A stretch of 64,000 bases of DNA from Polyangiales bacterium (GCA_038231275.1 JBBRLQ010000005.1:192001-256000); one strand, 5' to 3'. Positions 1-9,722 are shown, counted from the first letter of the stretch. Program-made: numbers and translations. Notes: generated by a model not told the origin, from the letters alone.

Positions 1-161
1 TTGAGCGCGCAGACGAGACGGCACTCGGTGCCCTTCCCGTTGTCCACGCACTTGTTCCCCGTCGCGCACTGCGAGTCTTCGCAGCCGCTCGACGAGGAGC
101 ACCCGTACGCCGCGAACAGCGCGACCGTGACCGAGGCAAGCGCGGCAAAATGAAGCTTCAT
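1..161 (-). CDS. Cys-rich lipoprotein, 5' part only (runs off the left edge)
   Basis: Read manually: MKLHFAALASVTVALFAAYGCSSSSGCEDSQCATGNKCVDNGKGTECRLVC; signal peptide II with lipobox-like AYGC, several Cys. Confidence 0.75.
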   Translation of the reverse strand, partial: MKLHFAALASVTVALFAAYGCSSSSGCEDSQCATGNKCVDNGKGTECRLVCAL

Positions 162-323
162 TTCAAAAACCCTCGAAGCAGGCTGTCCGTGTCCGTATTT
201 CTCCCACGGCCGCCGCCGGGGAAACAGCAAGATCGACGACAACCGTGACACGGGTCCGCTCGACAGGCCCGAGCGTACACTTCATCATAAGTTGTCTCCC
301 GTTCCGGCGGGGTCGGGACCCGC

Positions 324-351
324 TTGACCATTTCGAGCGCCCCGATACCCT
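324..351 (+). promoter_or_regulatory. possible sigma70 promoter for the thioredoxin/DUF6029 operon
   Basis: TTGACC-16 nt-TACCCT in the divergent intergenic region. Confidence 0.3.
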
Positions 352-426
352 CGCGTTAGGGTTTCCGCGTTCGTATCGTCTGCCTTCGTGCCTTCTGGTG
401 TTCCGCAGTTTCGTGAGAGGTGTTCC

Positions 427-1161
427 ATGAGGTCTCCCCCCCGGTTTGCGGTGCGCTCGCTCGGTCTCGGTCTGGGCCTCGCTGGAGTGCTCGGCCTCGT
501 GTCGTGCTCCAGCTCGAAGCCGTCGAACCAGGGCCTGGCCGCAGGTGACGGCGATCCGGTCGGCACGGAGGTGAACCCGTACGGCGTCGCCTATCCGACG
601 AGCGGAATCGGCTTCAAAGCCCGCGGGGATGTCACCTCCGCCGCCCCTGGCGACAAGGTGAAGAACTTCAAGTTCCTCGGCTACGTCAACAGCGACAAGA
701 ACTCCGGCCTCACCACCGTCTCCCTCGCTGACTTCTACGATCCGGAGATGCGGACCTTCAAGCTCCTGCACATCAGCGTCGCGGGCGTGTGGTGCTACTG
801 GTGCAAAGAGGAGACGAAGGCGCTCGTCCCGCTCGTCCCCCAGCTCCGCGACAAGAAGGTCATCTACATCACGGCCCTCTCCGAGAACAACAACCACGGC
901 CCGGCCGCCCAGTCCGATCTCGATTTCTGGGTCAACTCCTGGCACACGAACTACACGCAGGTGCTCGATCCGGGCAACCGCGACCTCGGGCCGTTCTTCA
1001 CGTCGGCCGGCATCCCGTGGAACGGCAACTTCGACGCGCGCACGATGGAGATCCTTAGCTCCACGACCAGCGCGCCCGCCGATCAGAGCGGGCAGATCGA
1101 CATTCTGGGGGACGTGAATCCGTGGCTCGATTGGATCGACAAAAACCCCATTCAGAAATGA
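427..1161 (+). CDS. thioredoxin-fold lipoprotein (WCYWC)
   Basis: Lipobox LVSC; LLHISVAGVWCYWC CxxC motif; GIP cis-Pro-like motif. Confidence 0.8.
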   Translation: MRSPPRFAVRSLGLGLGLAGVLGLVSCSSSKPSNQGLAAGDGDPVGTEVNPYGVAYPTSGIGFKARGDVTSAAPGDKVKNFKFLGYVNSDKNSGLTTVSLADFYDPEMRTFKLLHISVAGVWCYWCKEETKALVPLVPQLRDKKVIYITALSENNNHGPAAQSDLDFWVNSWHTNYTQVLDPGNRDLGPFFTSAGIPWNGNFDARTMEILSSTTSAPADQSGQIDILGDVNPWLDWIDKNPIQK

Positions 1162-1721
1162 CGAAAAGACACCTCCTGCTCCTCCTCGTATCCGGGGCCA
1201 TCCTCCTTGCGGGATGCGCCGGCACGAACGGTACGGGCACCCCCACTCGGTCAGGACGCGGCGCGGTGAGCGCAGGCGCGATGGCGACCGATTTCGCCGC
1301 GCGCGATCTCGAGGGCAAGACGGTGAAGCTGACCGACTACCTCGGCAAGCAGGTCATCCTCATCGACTTCTGGGCGACGTACTGCGAGCCCTGCCTCGCG
1401 GAGATGCCGCACCTCCGGAGTCTGTACGAGAAGAACCGCACGAAGGGCTTCGTGGTCCTCGCGGTGTCGGTCGACGGGCCCGAGACGGTCGCCGACGTGC
1501 CGAGCTTCGTGAAGCGCAACGGCCTCGTGTTCCCCGTCCTCTTCGACGAGGACTCGCGCATCACGAGCGTCTACAACCCCAAAAAATCCGCTCCGCTCTC
1601 GATCTTGATCGACCGGAACGGAAAGGTGATGCGCGTCCACGAGGGGTTCAACCCCGGCGACGAGGCCGACACCGACATGGCCGTCGCGAACGTGCTCGAC
1701 CAGGCGACCGCCGCGAAATAG
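1158..1721 (+). CDS. TlpA/ResA-family disulfide reductase lipoprotein
   Basis: Lipobox LAGC; LIDFWATYCEPC; ATGA overlap with the upstream gene. Confidence 0.9.
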   Translation: MTKRHLLLLLVSGAILLAGCAGTNGTGTPTRSGRGAVSAGAMATDFAARDLEGKTVKLTDYLGKQVILIDFWATYCEPCLAEMPHLRSLYEKNRTKGFVVLAVSVDGPETVADVPSFVKRNGLVFPVLFDEDSRITSVYNPKKSAPLSILIDRNGKVMRVHEGFNPGDEADTDMAVANVLDQATAAK

Positions 1722-1737
1722 CATCGACGCACGCGCG

Positions 1738-3615
1738 ATGCGCTCTCGTGCGGCAAAGACCACGCTCCTCTTCGGCCTCGCCGCGACGATCGGCGCGTGG
1801 CCCCGGGACGCCTCCGCCGTGGACTTGCCGGACGTGGCGGGTCAGCCGCTCACCCTCGACGTCACCGAGACGAGCGTGGTCGCGCAGCATTTCGACGCGC
1901 GGACCGCCGAGGGCGAGAGGACGATCGATCAAGGGTACGGAGCGTGGGTGAACCGGCTCAACGTGGCGCTGAAGAGCGGGCGGTGGACGCTCGGCATGCG
2001 CCTCGACTCGTCGCTCTATTGGCGGCGCCCCGAGGATCGCGCCGATCTCGATCCGCGCGACGTGCCCACCGTGAAGGCCGACGGCGCGTCTCGATTCCGC
2101 GACGCGATCTACCCGGCCAAGATCTGGATCAACTACACCGCGCCGGGGCTCGAGGTGACGGCGGGCGACGCGTACGTGCAGTTCGGCCGCGGGCTCGTCC
2201 TCAGCATGCGCAAGATCGACGAGCTCGGCGTCGACACGACGCTCCGCGGCATCAAGGTCGCGTGGCAGCAAGATCCGTTCGCCGCCACCGTCGTCGCCGG
2301 CATCGCCAACCCCACGCGCGTCGACGAGGCGACCGGCCGCGCGCTCTTCCTGCCGAAGACCACCGCCACCGACACGCGCGGACCCCAGCCGCTGTTCGGC
2401 TCCGATCGCGTGATCGGCGCGTCGATCCAAGCAGGGCGCGGCCTGCCGATCGCGCTCATGACCCACGCGGTGCGCATCACCCGCTGCGCGCCGTACCACT
2501 ACAACGCGAACGGGAGCATCGACGACGGCACCTTCGCGACGCCGCTCGGCTCGTGTGACGCGCAAGACACGCGGACATGGCTCGCCACGTTGCCGACGAG
2601 CGACGGCACCACCACGGCGAGCGAGATCGAGATGGTGGGGCAGGGCGTCGAAATCCCGAACGTCTTCGGTCACGGCAAAATTTACATCGAGGGCGCCGTC
2701 CAGCACCGCTTCCACGACGCGCAGCCCGACGAGCCGCATGCCAACGGAAACGCGCTCTACGCCGCGATCAACGCCGACGTCGGCCCGCTCACGAACACGT
2801 TGGAGCTCAAGAGCTACCGAAACTTTTGGCCGGCCACCGGCTCGGTGCGCGCGACCGAGCTCGACAACACGCGCTACACGACGCCTCCGACCGCCGAGCT
2901 CGTCACGCAGGACGCGGAGTTCGGCAACTTCAACGTGTGCGTCAACGGCGGGCGCCTCCGCTCGAACGTGCGTTTGAACGACGGTCTCCTCGTGTACGGC
3001 GCGACCGGCTATTTCCGCTCGCAGAGCGAGGTCGCCGGCGGATCGTGCGATCGCGATGGCAAGACGCTCAGCTCCGGCAAGAGCGCGAACGAGGTGGTCA
3101 CGCACGTCTTCGACGGCCTCTCCGGCATCGAGTGGAGCTTCGAGCACGCGCGATCGCACCTCTACGCGTCCGGCGGTGTGCGCAACGACGTGCGCGCCGA
3201 CGACGCGTTCTACTACCGAGAGCTGCACGCCGAGTACGCGTTCACGAAGTCCCTATCGGGTCCGTTTTCGTTGGAGCTCACCGGCCGGCACCGCATGCGC
3301 AAGCAAGACTCCGAGAACGTGCGCGTGTCCGACGCGACGGGTCGCTACGCCGAGGCGCCGTGGCACGAGGGGGAGCACTACACGGCGATCAAGGTCGCGC
3401 CGAAGTGGGTCTTCAGCCAGGGGTTCGAGTACACGACGCTCGTCGGGTTCCCGACGTACTACTTCAACGGCAGCGTGCTCTACCGCCTGTCGATGGGCTC
3501 GAACGTGAAGCTGCTGGTCGGCCAGCAGCGCGGCGGGCTGAAGTGCGTGAGCGGCGTGTGCAAGGTCTTCCCCGCGTTCGAAGGCGTCCGCGCCGAGCTC
3601 ACCCTGAGGTTCTAA
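1738..3615 (+). CDS. DUF6029-like outer-membrane beta-barrel protein
   Basis: Signal peptide; GDAYVQFGRGLVL; C-terminal GQQRGGLKCVSGVCKVFPAFEG...LRF with terminal Phe; next to TlpA. Confidence 0.7.
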   Translation: MRSRAAKTTLLFGLAATIGAWPRDASAVDLPDVAGQPLTLDVTETSVVAQHFDARTAEGERTIDQGYGAWVNRLNVALKSGRWTLGMRLDSSLYWRRPEDRADLDPRDVPTVKADGASRFRDAIYPAKIWINYTAPGLEVTAGDAYVQFGRGLVLSMRKIDELGVDTTLRGIKVAWQQDPFAATVVAGIANPTRVDEATGRALFLPKTTATDTRGPQPLFGSDRVIGASIQAGRGLPIALMTHAVRITRCAPYHYNANGSIDDGTFATPLGSCDAQDTRTWLATLPTSDGTTTASEIEMVGQGVEIPNVFGHGKIYIEGAVQHRFHDAQPDEPHANGNALYAAINADVGPLTNTLELKSYRNFWPATGSVRATELDNTRYTTPPTAELVTQDAEFGNFNVCVNGGRLRSNVRLNDGLLVYGATGYFRSQSEVAGGSCDRDGKTLSSGKSANEVVTHVFDGLSGIEWSFEHARSHLYASGGVRNDVRADDAFYYRELHAEYAFTKSLSGPFSLELTGRHRMRKQDSENVRVSDATGRYAEAPWHEGEHYTAIKVAPKWVFSQGFEYTTLVGFPTYYFNGSVLYRLSMGSNVKLLVGQQRGGLKCVSGVCKVFPAFEGVRAELTLRF

Positions 3616-3622
3616 CCTTTCG

Positions 3623-5455
3623 TCACGGATCGACGGCGCCGTCGAGGGCCATGAGAAACGGCAGGAGCGCGTCCTTCGCGTTGTGATCGAACGTGACGAG
3701 CCACGGCGGCGCGTTCCCGATCGCGCGCGGATCGCCGGGAGGCAAACCTCCTTGCGAGTAGAGCGTGACGACGGCGTCGAGCGTCGCCAGTTTGCCGCCG
3801 TGGCCGTACGGCGCGGTCCCGGCGACGCCGCGCAAGGTCGGCGTCTTGAACGCGCCGACGGCGAGCGGATCGATGTCGATGCGGAGCGAGTGCCCGGTGA
3901 AACGATCGTCGCTGAACGGGCCGACCGAGAGGAACGGGCTCTGGATGAGGAGCGCTTGCCCGTCTTGTCGCCCGACGTCGGCGAGCCCGTCGAGACGCCC
4001 GGTCGGAAAGCGCGTCGCGTGGAACGCATCATCGGTGAGGCGGGGCCCCCAGTGGCACTGCGCGCAGCCGAGCCGGAAGAAGACCGTGAGCCCGCCCTTC
4101 TCGGCAGGCGTGAGCGCGCCCGTGTCGCCTCCGATGTACGCGTCGAGCCGGTTCGGCTTCACGCGCAAGGTGCGCTCGTACGCGGCGATCGACTTGCCGA
4201 CGTTGACGAAGACGCGCGAGACGAGCGTCTGATCGGCGCCGACCATCTTGTCGTACGCGGCCACCCCCGGCTGTCCAGACGGCGGAAATCGCGCGGTGTC
4301 GCCAAGCGGAGGGAGCGTGCTCCACACCGCCTGGTAGTCGGCGGCGTACGCGTCGAACACGCGGTGCGCGACGAACAAGCGCGACGAGCCGAACTCCTTC
4401 GCGTTCTCGATCGGTTGGAGCGCCTGCATCCACAGCGTGTCGGCGCGCCCGTCCCAGAACTGCCAGCGCTGGTGCGCCGCGAGGCCGAGCGACGGCGCGT
4501 TGCGATCGGTGTGATCGAGCCCCTCGGAGACCCCCAGGCCGTCGGTGAAGAGCTTCGCGGGGACGTGGCACGTCGCGCACGAGACGGTGCCGCTCGGCGA
4601 CAGCGTCGAATCCGAGAAGAGGCGCTTGCCGAGCGCGGCGGCGGCGGCATCATCGGCCTTAGCGTTCGTCGTGTCGGGCGGCGGCACCGGCGCGAGCTTC
4701 ATGCCCTGGAGCTGGTCCCACTCGTTCGGGAAGAAGTGCCCGTCGACCTTGATTTCCTGCGGGATCGTCGGTGCGGGCGCGCCGTCGAGCGCGGCGAGCG
4801 TTTGGCGAATGCGCAGCTCGAGGTACGCCGGGTCGGGGTTCGTCGCGAGATCGACGGCGATCATCGTTCGCGTGTCGACGAAGACGTAGAGCGGCAGCGG
4901 CGCGGACGTCGGGTTGATCTTGCCGAGGCGAAACGTGGGGTCGGCGCCGACGCGATCGGGCGCGTCGATGAGCTTGGTGAGCTTGTTGACGTCGAACGGC
5001 CGCGGGGAAAAGCCGTCCTCGTTGGCGAGCTCGAGATCGAGGAAGCGAAGGCGCGCGCCGACGTCGAGTGCCTTGATCGCGCCGGTGTGCGCGTAGTGCC
5101 AGAGGCACGTCCCGCACCATGCGGCGCCGACGCGCAGGACGAGGAGCCGCGACTGCGGCGCGCACGGCTCGAAGTATTCGTGGAGCGAGACCTTCGCCGC
5201 GGCGCCTTCTGGCGTCACCACGTCGAAGACGAGGTCCGGCAGGGTTGCGTTCAAGGCCACCTGCGTCGGGCGATTCGGGTATGCGCCGTCGACGCTCCGT
5301 CCATCCTTGCAGAGCGAAGGGAGCGCCGCGTCGACGCCCGCGTCGAGAGGCGTGGCCACGGCGCTGGGGCTCGTGTAGACGCCGCTCCCCTCGCACGCGC
5401 CGAGGGCCGCGATACCGAGCAGGACGAAGGGGGCGGCCGCGCGGGCGACCTTCAT
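3623..5455 (-). CDS. lipoprotein: N-terminal thioredoxin-like domain fused to a diheme cytochrome c peroxidase/MauG-family domain
   Basis: Start MKVARAA...LGAC (lipobox); WCGTC; heme motifs CATCH and CAQCH; QFWDGRA; FKTPTLR...TAPYGHGG. Confidence 0.85.
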   Translation of the reverse strand: MKVARAAAPFVLLGIAALGACEGSGVYTSPSAVATPLDAGVDAALPSLCKDGRSVDGAYPNRPTQVALNATLPDLVFDVVTPEGAAAKVSLHEYFEPCAPQSRLLVLRVGAAWCGTCLWHYAHTGAIKALDVGARLRFLDLELANEDGFSPRPFDVNKLTKLIDAPDRVGADPTFRLGKINPTSAPLPLYVFVDTRTMIAVDLATNPDPAYLELRIRQTLAALDGAPAPTIPQEIKVDGHFFPNEWDQLQGMKLAPVPPPDTTNAKADDAAAAALGKRLFSDSTLSPSGTVSCATCHVPAKLFTDGLGVSEGLDHTDRNAPSLGLAAHQRWQFWDGRADTLWMQALQPIENAKEFGSSRLFVAHRVFDAYAADYQAVWSTLPPLGDTARFPPSGQPGVAAYDKMVGADQTLVSRVFVNVGKSIAAYERTLRVKPNRLDAYIGGDTGALTPAEKGGLTVFFRLGCAQCHWGPRLTDDAFHATRFPTGRLDGLADVGRQDGQALLIQSPFLSVGPFSDDRFTGHSLRIDIDPLAVGAFKTPTLRGVAGTAPYGHGGKLATLDAVVTLYSQGGLPPGDPRAIGNAPPWLVTFDHNAKDALLPFLMALDGAVDP

Positions 5456-7473
5456 CGGGGAAACGCCGCGGCGTTGCCGCCGTCCACGGTCACGACGCAC
5501 CCGGTTGTCGCGCGCGCGCCGGCCAGCCACGCAAACGCGTCGGCCACGTCGGCGGCGAGGACCTCGCGCTCCAGCAAATTGGCGCGAAAATACGCGTCCA
5601 CGGGGAGCCCTCGCGCCTTCGCGCGCGACTCGAGCACGCCGCCGGCGAAGAGCTGCGTGCGCACGCGATCGGCGTTGACGGCATTGGCGCGAATGCCCGA
5701 CTTTCCGAGATCGATCGCGTACTGCTTCATCAGCGCGACCAGCGCGCTCTTCGCGACCGCGTACGGGCCGAAGCCAGGCCCCGGGTTGAACGCCGCCTTG
5801 CTCGCGTTGAAGAGGAGGCACCCGCCGCGCCCTTGCGCGAGCATGACGTCGCTCGCGAGGCGCGCCACCGTCGCGTGCGACAGGAGGTTCGCCTCCAGCG
5901 AGCCGCGCAGCGCGTCCTGGCCGCCCTTGGTGTGGAGCGCCCCTTCGGGCGCGTCGCCGGCGTTCGAGACGACGACGTCGAGCCCGCCGAACGCGCGAAC
6001 GCATTCACCGATCGCTGCCGCCACCTCCACCTCGCGCGTCACGTCGGCCTTGGCGAACACCACTTGGCTCCTCTTCTTCGGATCGACCACGATTTCCGTG
6101 CGATCGACGAGCATGACGTGCGCGCCGAGCTCGACGAGACGCGCCGCGGTGGCCTGTCCGATCCCGCTCGCCGCGCCGGTGACGAGCGCGATGGCGCGAC
6201 CGAGCGGCGCCTCGACGGTCTTTTTGATCTTCGCTTGCTCGAGGCCCCAGTACTCGACGTCGAAGAGATCCGCCCGATCGACGGGGGCGTATTTGCCGAC
6301 GTACGTGGCATCGAGGACGACGTCGATCGTGTGCTCGTAGACGTCGGCAGCGATGTCGGCCTCGGCGCGCGTCTTGCCGACGGTGACGATGCCGACCTTG
6401 GGGACCAAGAGCACGCGCGGCCACGGATCGAGCTTCGTCCGCGTCACTTCTTTCGCGCGCGTCATCTGATCGAAGTACGCGTCGTAGAGCGCGGCATAGT
6501 CGAGGATCTTGGCCTCGAGATCCTCGTCGTCGCGCACGAAGAGGGGCACGGGTTTGGTGCGGAGGACGTGGTCGGGCGTGACGCAGCCGATCTGCGAGAG
6601 CAGCTTGGCGTGCGGCAAATCGAGGAAGGAGAGCGCGCTGTCGGTGGCGCGGACGGTGAGGATCGGGCCGCGCTCGGGCGGCAATCCTGCGGCCTTCGCG
6701 AGCGCGCCGCGGAGGCGCGGGAGGAGGCGTGTTTCGCGTGCCGGATCGCGCGACACGCTTGGCATCACGACGGTCGCGCGCCGATCGGCGACGAACCGCT
6801 CGGCGCGCGTCACCGCCTCGATCATCCGCTCGTAGCTCTCCTTCGCGGTCTCTCCGTACGTGAAGACGCCGTGGCGCTCGAGCACGATGACGCCCGGCTT
6901 CGTGCGCGCGGCCACCGCGTCGAAGGCCTCGGCGCAGCGCTTCGCGAGCGTGAAACCTGGCATCACGTACGGGACCCACACGAGGCCGTCGCCGAAGAGC
7001 TCGCGGCAGAGATCGTGCGCGTTCGGCTGGTCGGCGACGCTGAGGACTGCGTCGGCGTGCGTGTGATCGATGAACCGCGCCGGCAAGAACGCGTGGAGCA
7101 GCGCCTCGACGCTTGGGGTGGGCGCGCCGGCGTCGAGAAGCGCGAGGCGCAGCGCGTTCACCATGTCTTCGTCGCGCAGCGCGCCGAGCTCGCGGAGAGC
7201 GCGGAGGGGCGCGAGGCGGACGGCAGGGTGCCCTGGCGGCTCGATCGTCGCGAGATCCCAGCCCGAGCCCTTGATCCACATCACCTCGACGTCCTCGCCG
7301 AGCAGCGTCGTCGCGCGCCCCTTCGCCGACGTGTTGCCGCCGCCGTGAAGGACGAGCGACGCGTCGGCGCCGAGGAGGCGCGCGGTGTAGGTCCTGAGGG
7401 CGACCGCCTCGGGGACGCCCGGGAAGGTCGTCGCGACGGCGGCGGCCTCGCGATCGTCGTAGCGGCTCTGCAT
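5452..7473 (-). CDS. bifunctional class II aldolase / short-chain dehydrogenase (rhamnulose-1-phosphate aldolase-SDR type)
   Basis: LVLHGGGNTS, IKGSG, PSVEALLH, DHTHAD; SDR motifs TGAASGIG and YAVAK. Confidence 0.88.
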   Translation of the reverse strand: MQSRYDDREAAAVATTFPGVPEAVALRTYTARLLGADASLVLHGGGNTSAKGRATTLLGEDVEVMWIKGSGWDLATIEPPGHPAVRLAPLRALRELGALRDEDMVNALRLALLDAGAPTPSVEALLHAFLPARFIDHTHADAVLSVADQPNAHDLCRELFGDGLVWVPYVMPGFTLAKRCAEAFDAVAARTKPGVIVLERHGVFTYGETAKESYERMIEAVTRAERFVADRRATVVMPSVSRDPARETRLLPRLRGALAKAAGLPPERGPILTVRATDSALSFLDLPHAKLLSQIGCVTPDHVLRTKPVPLFVRDDEDLEAKILDYAALYDAYFDQMTRAKEVTRTKLDPWPRVLLVPKVGIVTVGKTRAEADIAADVYEHTIDVVLDATYVGKYAPVDRADLFDVEYWGLEQAKIKKTVEAPLGRAIALVTGAASGIGQATAARLVELGAHVMLVDRTEIVVDPKKRSQVVFAKADVTREVEVAAAIGECVRAFGGLDVVVSNAGDAPEGALHTKGGQDALRGSLEANLLSHATVARLASDVMLAQGRGGCLLFNASKAAFNPGPGFGPYAVAKSALVALMKQYAIDLGKSGIRANAVNADRVRTQLFAGGVLESRAKARGLPVDAYFRANLLEREVLAADVADAFAWLAGARATTGCVVTVDGGNAAAFPR

Positions 7474-7498
7474 GAGCCGAAAGCTAGCGGGTTTTTGC

Positions 7499-8434
7499 CT
7501 ACTCCGCCGCGTGCGAAGCGACGCTCGCGTCCGAGGCGAGGCACCGGGCCAAAAAGGGCCGCGCGTGGGCCGCGAACGCTGCCGGGTATTCCTCGTGCGC
7601 GAAGAGCTTGGCGCCGGGAAGAACGACGAGCTCCGCGCCGCCCGCGAACTGCGGGAGCATCTCGCGCGCCTTGCCGACCGGGAAGAAGGGATCGTTCTCG
7701 CCCCAGACGCAGAGCGTCGGCGCGGTGATCTTGGCGTGCACGTCAACCATGCGATCGAGCAGCGCGAAGTCGAGCGCGCGCACGAGGCCCATCTGCCCTT
7801 CGACGACGGCCGGGCGCTCGAGCGGCGCGACGAAGAGATCGAAGAACTCGCCGTCGGCGAGCCGCGGATCCCGGAAGCAGGTCCCGAACGCGAGCGGCGA
7901 GCGTCGCAGCACGCCGACCTGGAGGCTCGCCCAGAAGGCGCGCGTGAGGGCGGGCGACTTGGCGGCGAGCACGTACATCTTGAGGAGGAGCGGGTGGTGC
8001 CCGGGGATCTCGGTGCCAGAGAGCACGAGCCCCTTCACGCGACGATCGCCGGCCGCGACGTGCCGCGCGATGGCCCCGCCGCTGTCGTGCGCGAGGAGCG
8101 CGTACTGCTCGAGGCCGATGGCGTCGATCGCCTCGCGCAGCGCCGCGGCGTTCTCCAGGAAGCCGATCGCCGCGTTCCAAAGCGTGTTGCCGGTTCCCGG
8201 CATGTCGAACAGGTGCACCGTGAAGGAGCGCGTGAGATACGGAAGCAGCCCGCGAAACGTCGCCGAGTGCAGTGGCCAGCCGTGCACGAGCACGAGATCG
8301 GGCCCGCTGCCGAAGCGGTAATACGCGAGCGCGCCGCCTGTCACGGCAACGAGCTGGCGCGGGGCGGCGAAGCGGGCAGAAAAGTCGGTCGTGTCGAAGA
8401 GGGAATCGTTGGTCGTCATCGTGGGCTCCTTCAT
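7499..8434 (-). CDS. alpha/beta-fold hydrolase (epoxide hydrolase/dehalogenase-like)
   Basis: HGWP, DMPGTG, nucleophile elbow AHDSGG, C-terminal His (FAHEE). Confidence 0.85.
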   Translation of the reverse strand: MKEPTMTTNDSLFDTTDFSARFAAPRQLVAVTGGALAYYRFGSGPDLVLVHGWPLHSATFRGLLPYLTRSFTVHLFDMPGTGNTLWNAAIGFLENAAALREAIDAIGLEQYALLAHDSGGAIARHVAAGDRRVKGLVLSGTEIPGHHPLLLKMYVLAAKSPALTRAFWASLQVGVLRRSPLAFGTCFRDPRLADGEFFDLFVAPLERPAVVEGQMGLVRALDFALLDRMVDVHAKITAPTLCVWGENDPFFPVGKAREMLPQFAGGAELVVLPGAKLFAHEEYPAAFAAHARPFLARCLASDASVASHAAE

Positions 8435-8522
8435 GGTGCCCGGAGGGTGGGCGCGCGCCGGCGATCCGGCAATTACCTCCCCCGGTAGGCGACAACGAAT
8501 CGCCGCGCGCTAGAGTCCGTTC

Positions 8523-9344
8523 ATGTCCGTGACCCGCGCCGACGCCGGCCTATTTCCAGCGCTTCTCCGTCACTGGCGCTCGCGCCGCGGCATGAGCCAG
8601 CTCGATCTCGCGGTCGCCGCCGACGTGTCGTCGCGCCACGTGAGCTTTCTCGAGACCGCGCGTGCCAAGCCGAGCCGCGAGATGGTCCTGCGCCTCGGCG
8701 CGACGATGGACGTGCCGCTCCGCGATCAGAACGAGATGCTGCGCGCCGCCGGCTTCGACGCCGAGTTCGCGGAGCCGAGCGTCGACGGCGAGCTCCCGGG
8801 CCCGATCGCGCAGGCCATCGATCGGATGCTCGCGCACCACGAGCCGTTTCCGCTCACGGTGCTCGATCGCGCGTACAACGTGCTCCGTACGAACACCGCC
8901 GCGATGCGTATCGTCGGCCACTTCATCGCCGAGCCCGCCCGGCTACCCGCGCGCCCCAACGCGTTCCATCTGCTCTTCGATCCACGCCTCTGCCGCCCGT
9001 TCATCCTCGACTGGGAACGCATCGCGCGGGCGATGGTCGCACGCCTTCATCGCGAGGTCCTCGCGAGCGCCGGCGACGCCGCGCTGGCCGGCCTCCTCCA
9101 CTCGCTCTTCGAGTACCCCGGCGTCACCGAGGCGTGGCGTCAGCCCGATTTTTCTCTTCCGAGCGAGCCCGTCGCCGCGTTTCGACTGAAGCGCGACGCC
9201 CTCGAGATGGCGTTCCTCACGACGATCACCGGCTTCAGCGCGCCCGGCAACGTCACGCTCGAGGAGCTGCGTTTCGAGAGCTACCTGCCGCTCGACGACG
9301 CGACCGAGCGCGCGTGCAGGCGCCTCGCGCAGGGCGACGCGTGA
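8523..9344 (+). CDS. XRE-family HTH transcriptional regulator with MmyB-like ligand-binding domain
   Basis: LRHWRSRRGMSQLDLA...SRHVSFLET; C-terminal TLEELRFESYLPLD; divergent from the hydrolase. Confidence 0.9.
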   Translation: MSVTRADAGLFPALLRHWRSRRGMSQLDLAVAADVSSRHVSFLETARAKPSREMVLRLGATMDVPLRDQNEMLRAAGFDAEFAEPSVDGELPGPIAQAIDRMLAHHEPFPLTVLDRAYNVLRTNTAAMRIVGHFIAEPARLPARPNAFHLLFDPRLCRPFILDWERIARAMVARLHREVLASAGDAALAGLLHSLFEYPGVTEAWRQPDFSLPSEPVAAFRLKRDALEMAFLTTITGFSAPGNVTLEELRFESYLPLDDATERACRRLAQGDA

Positions 9345-9347
9345 CGG

Positions 9348-9722
9348 CTACTGCACGGCCTGCGCGGTGACCTCGGCCTCGATCGTCGCCACGGTGATGC
9401 CATCGGCGAGGAACATCACGGTCGTCTTGCCGACCTTCTGCCCGAGGAACGCGTAGTTCTTGTCGCCGTACGCGCGGAGCGCCACGAGCGTGTTCGGATC
9501 GCCCGACTGAACGTCGCCGACCATGGGCTTTTGATCGCTGTTGAACGGCGCGATGTGCGCCGTCACGATCGACCCTTGCGTGACGGCGATGTGAAGCGCG
9601 GTCACCGTCGACGGAAGATCGTTGGACGACACCGTGCTGATGTCGGTGTGCGAATAGCTGGCGGTGCACGCCGAGAGCGACGCCGCGAGGAAGAGGCCAG
9701 CGAGCGAGAGGATGTTCTTCAT
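9348..9722 (-). CDS. small Ig-like lipoprotein
   Basis: MKNILSLAGLFLAASLSAC lipobox; beta-rich, GKTTV motif; TGATG coupling to the upstream gene. Confidence 0.75.
   Translation of the reverse strand: MKNILSLAGLFLAASLSACTASYSHTDISTVSSNDLPSTVTALHIAVTQGSIVTAHIAPFNSDQKPMVGDVQSGDPNTLVALRAYGDKNYAFLGQKVGKTTVMFLADGITVATIEAEVTAQAVQ

Noticed and set aside
5119-7728. Long alternative-frame or antisense ORFs (also 3683-6340, 21476-24001, 40929-43070, 55564-58164 and others)
   Set aside because: Arg/Ala-rich shadows of real genes, expected in high-GC DNA; no family motifs
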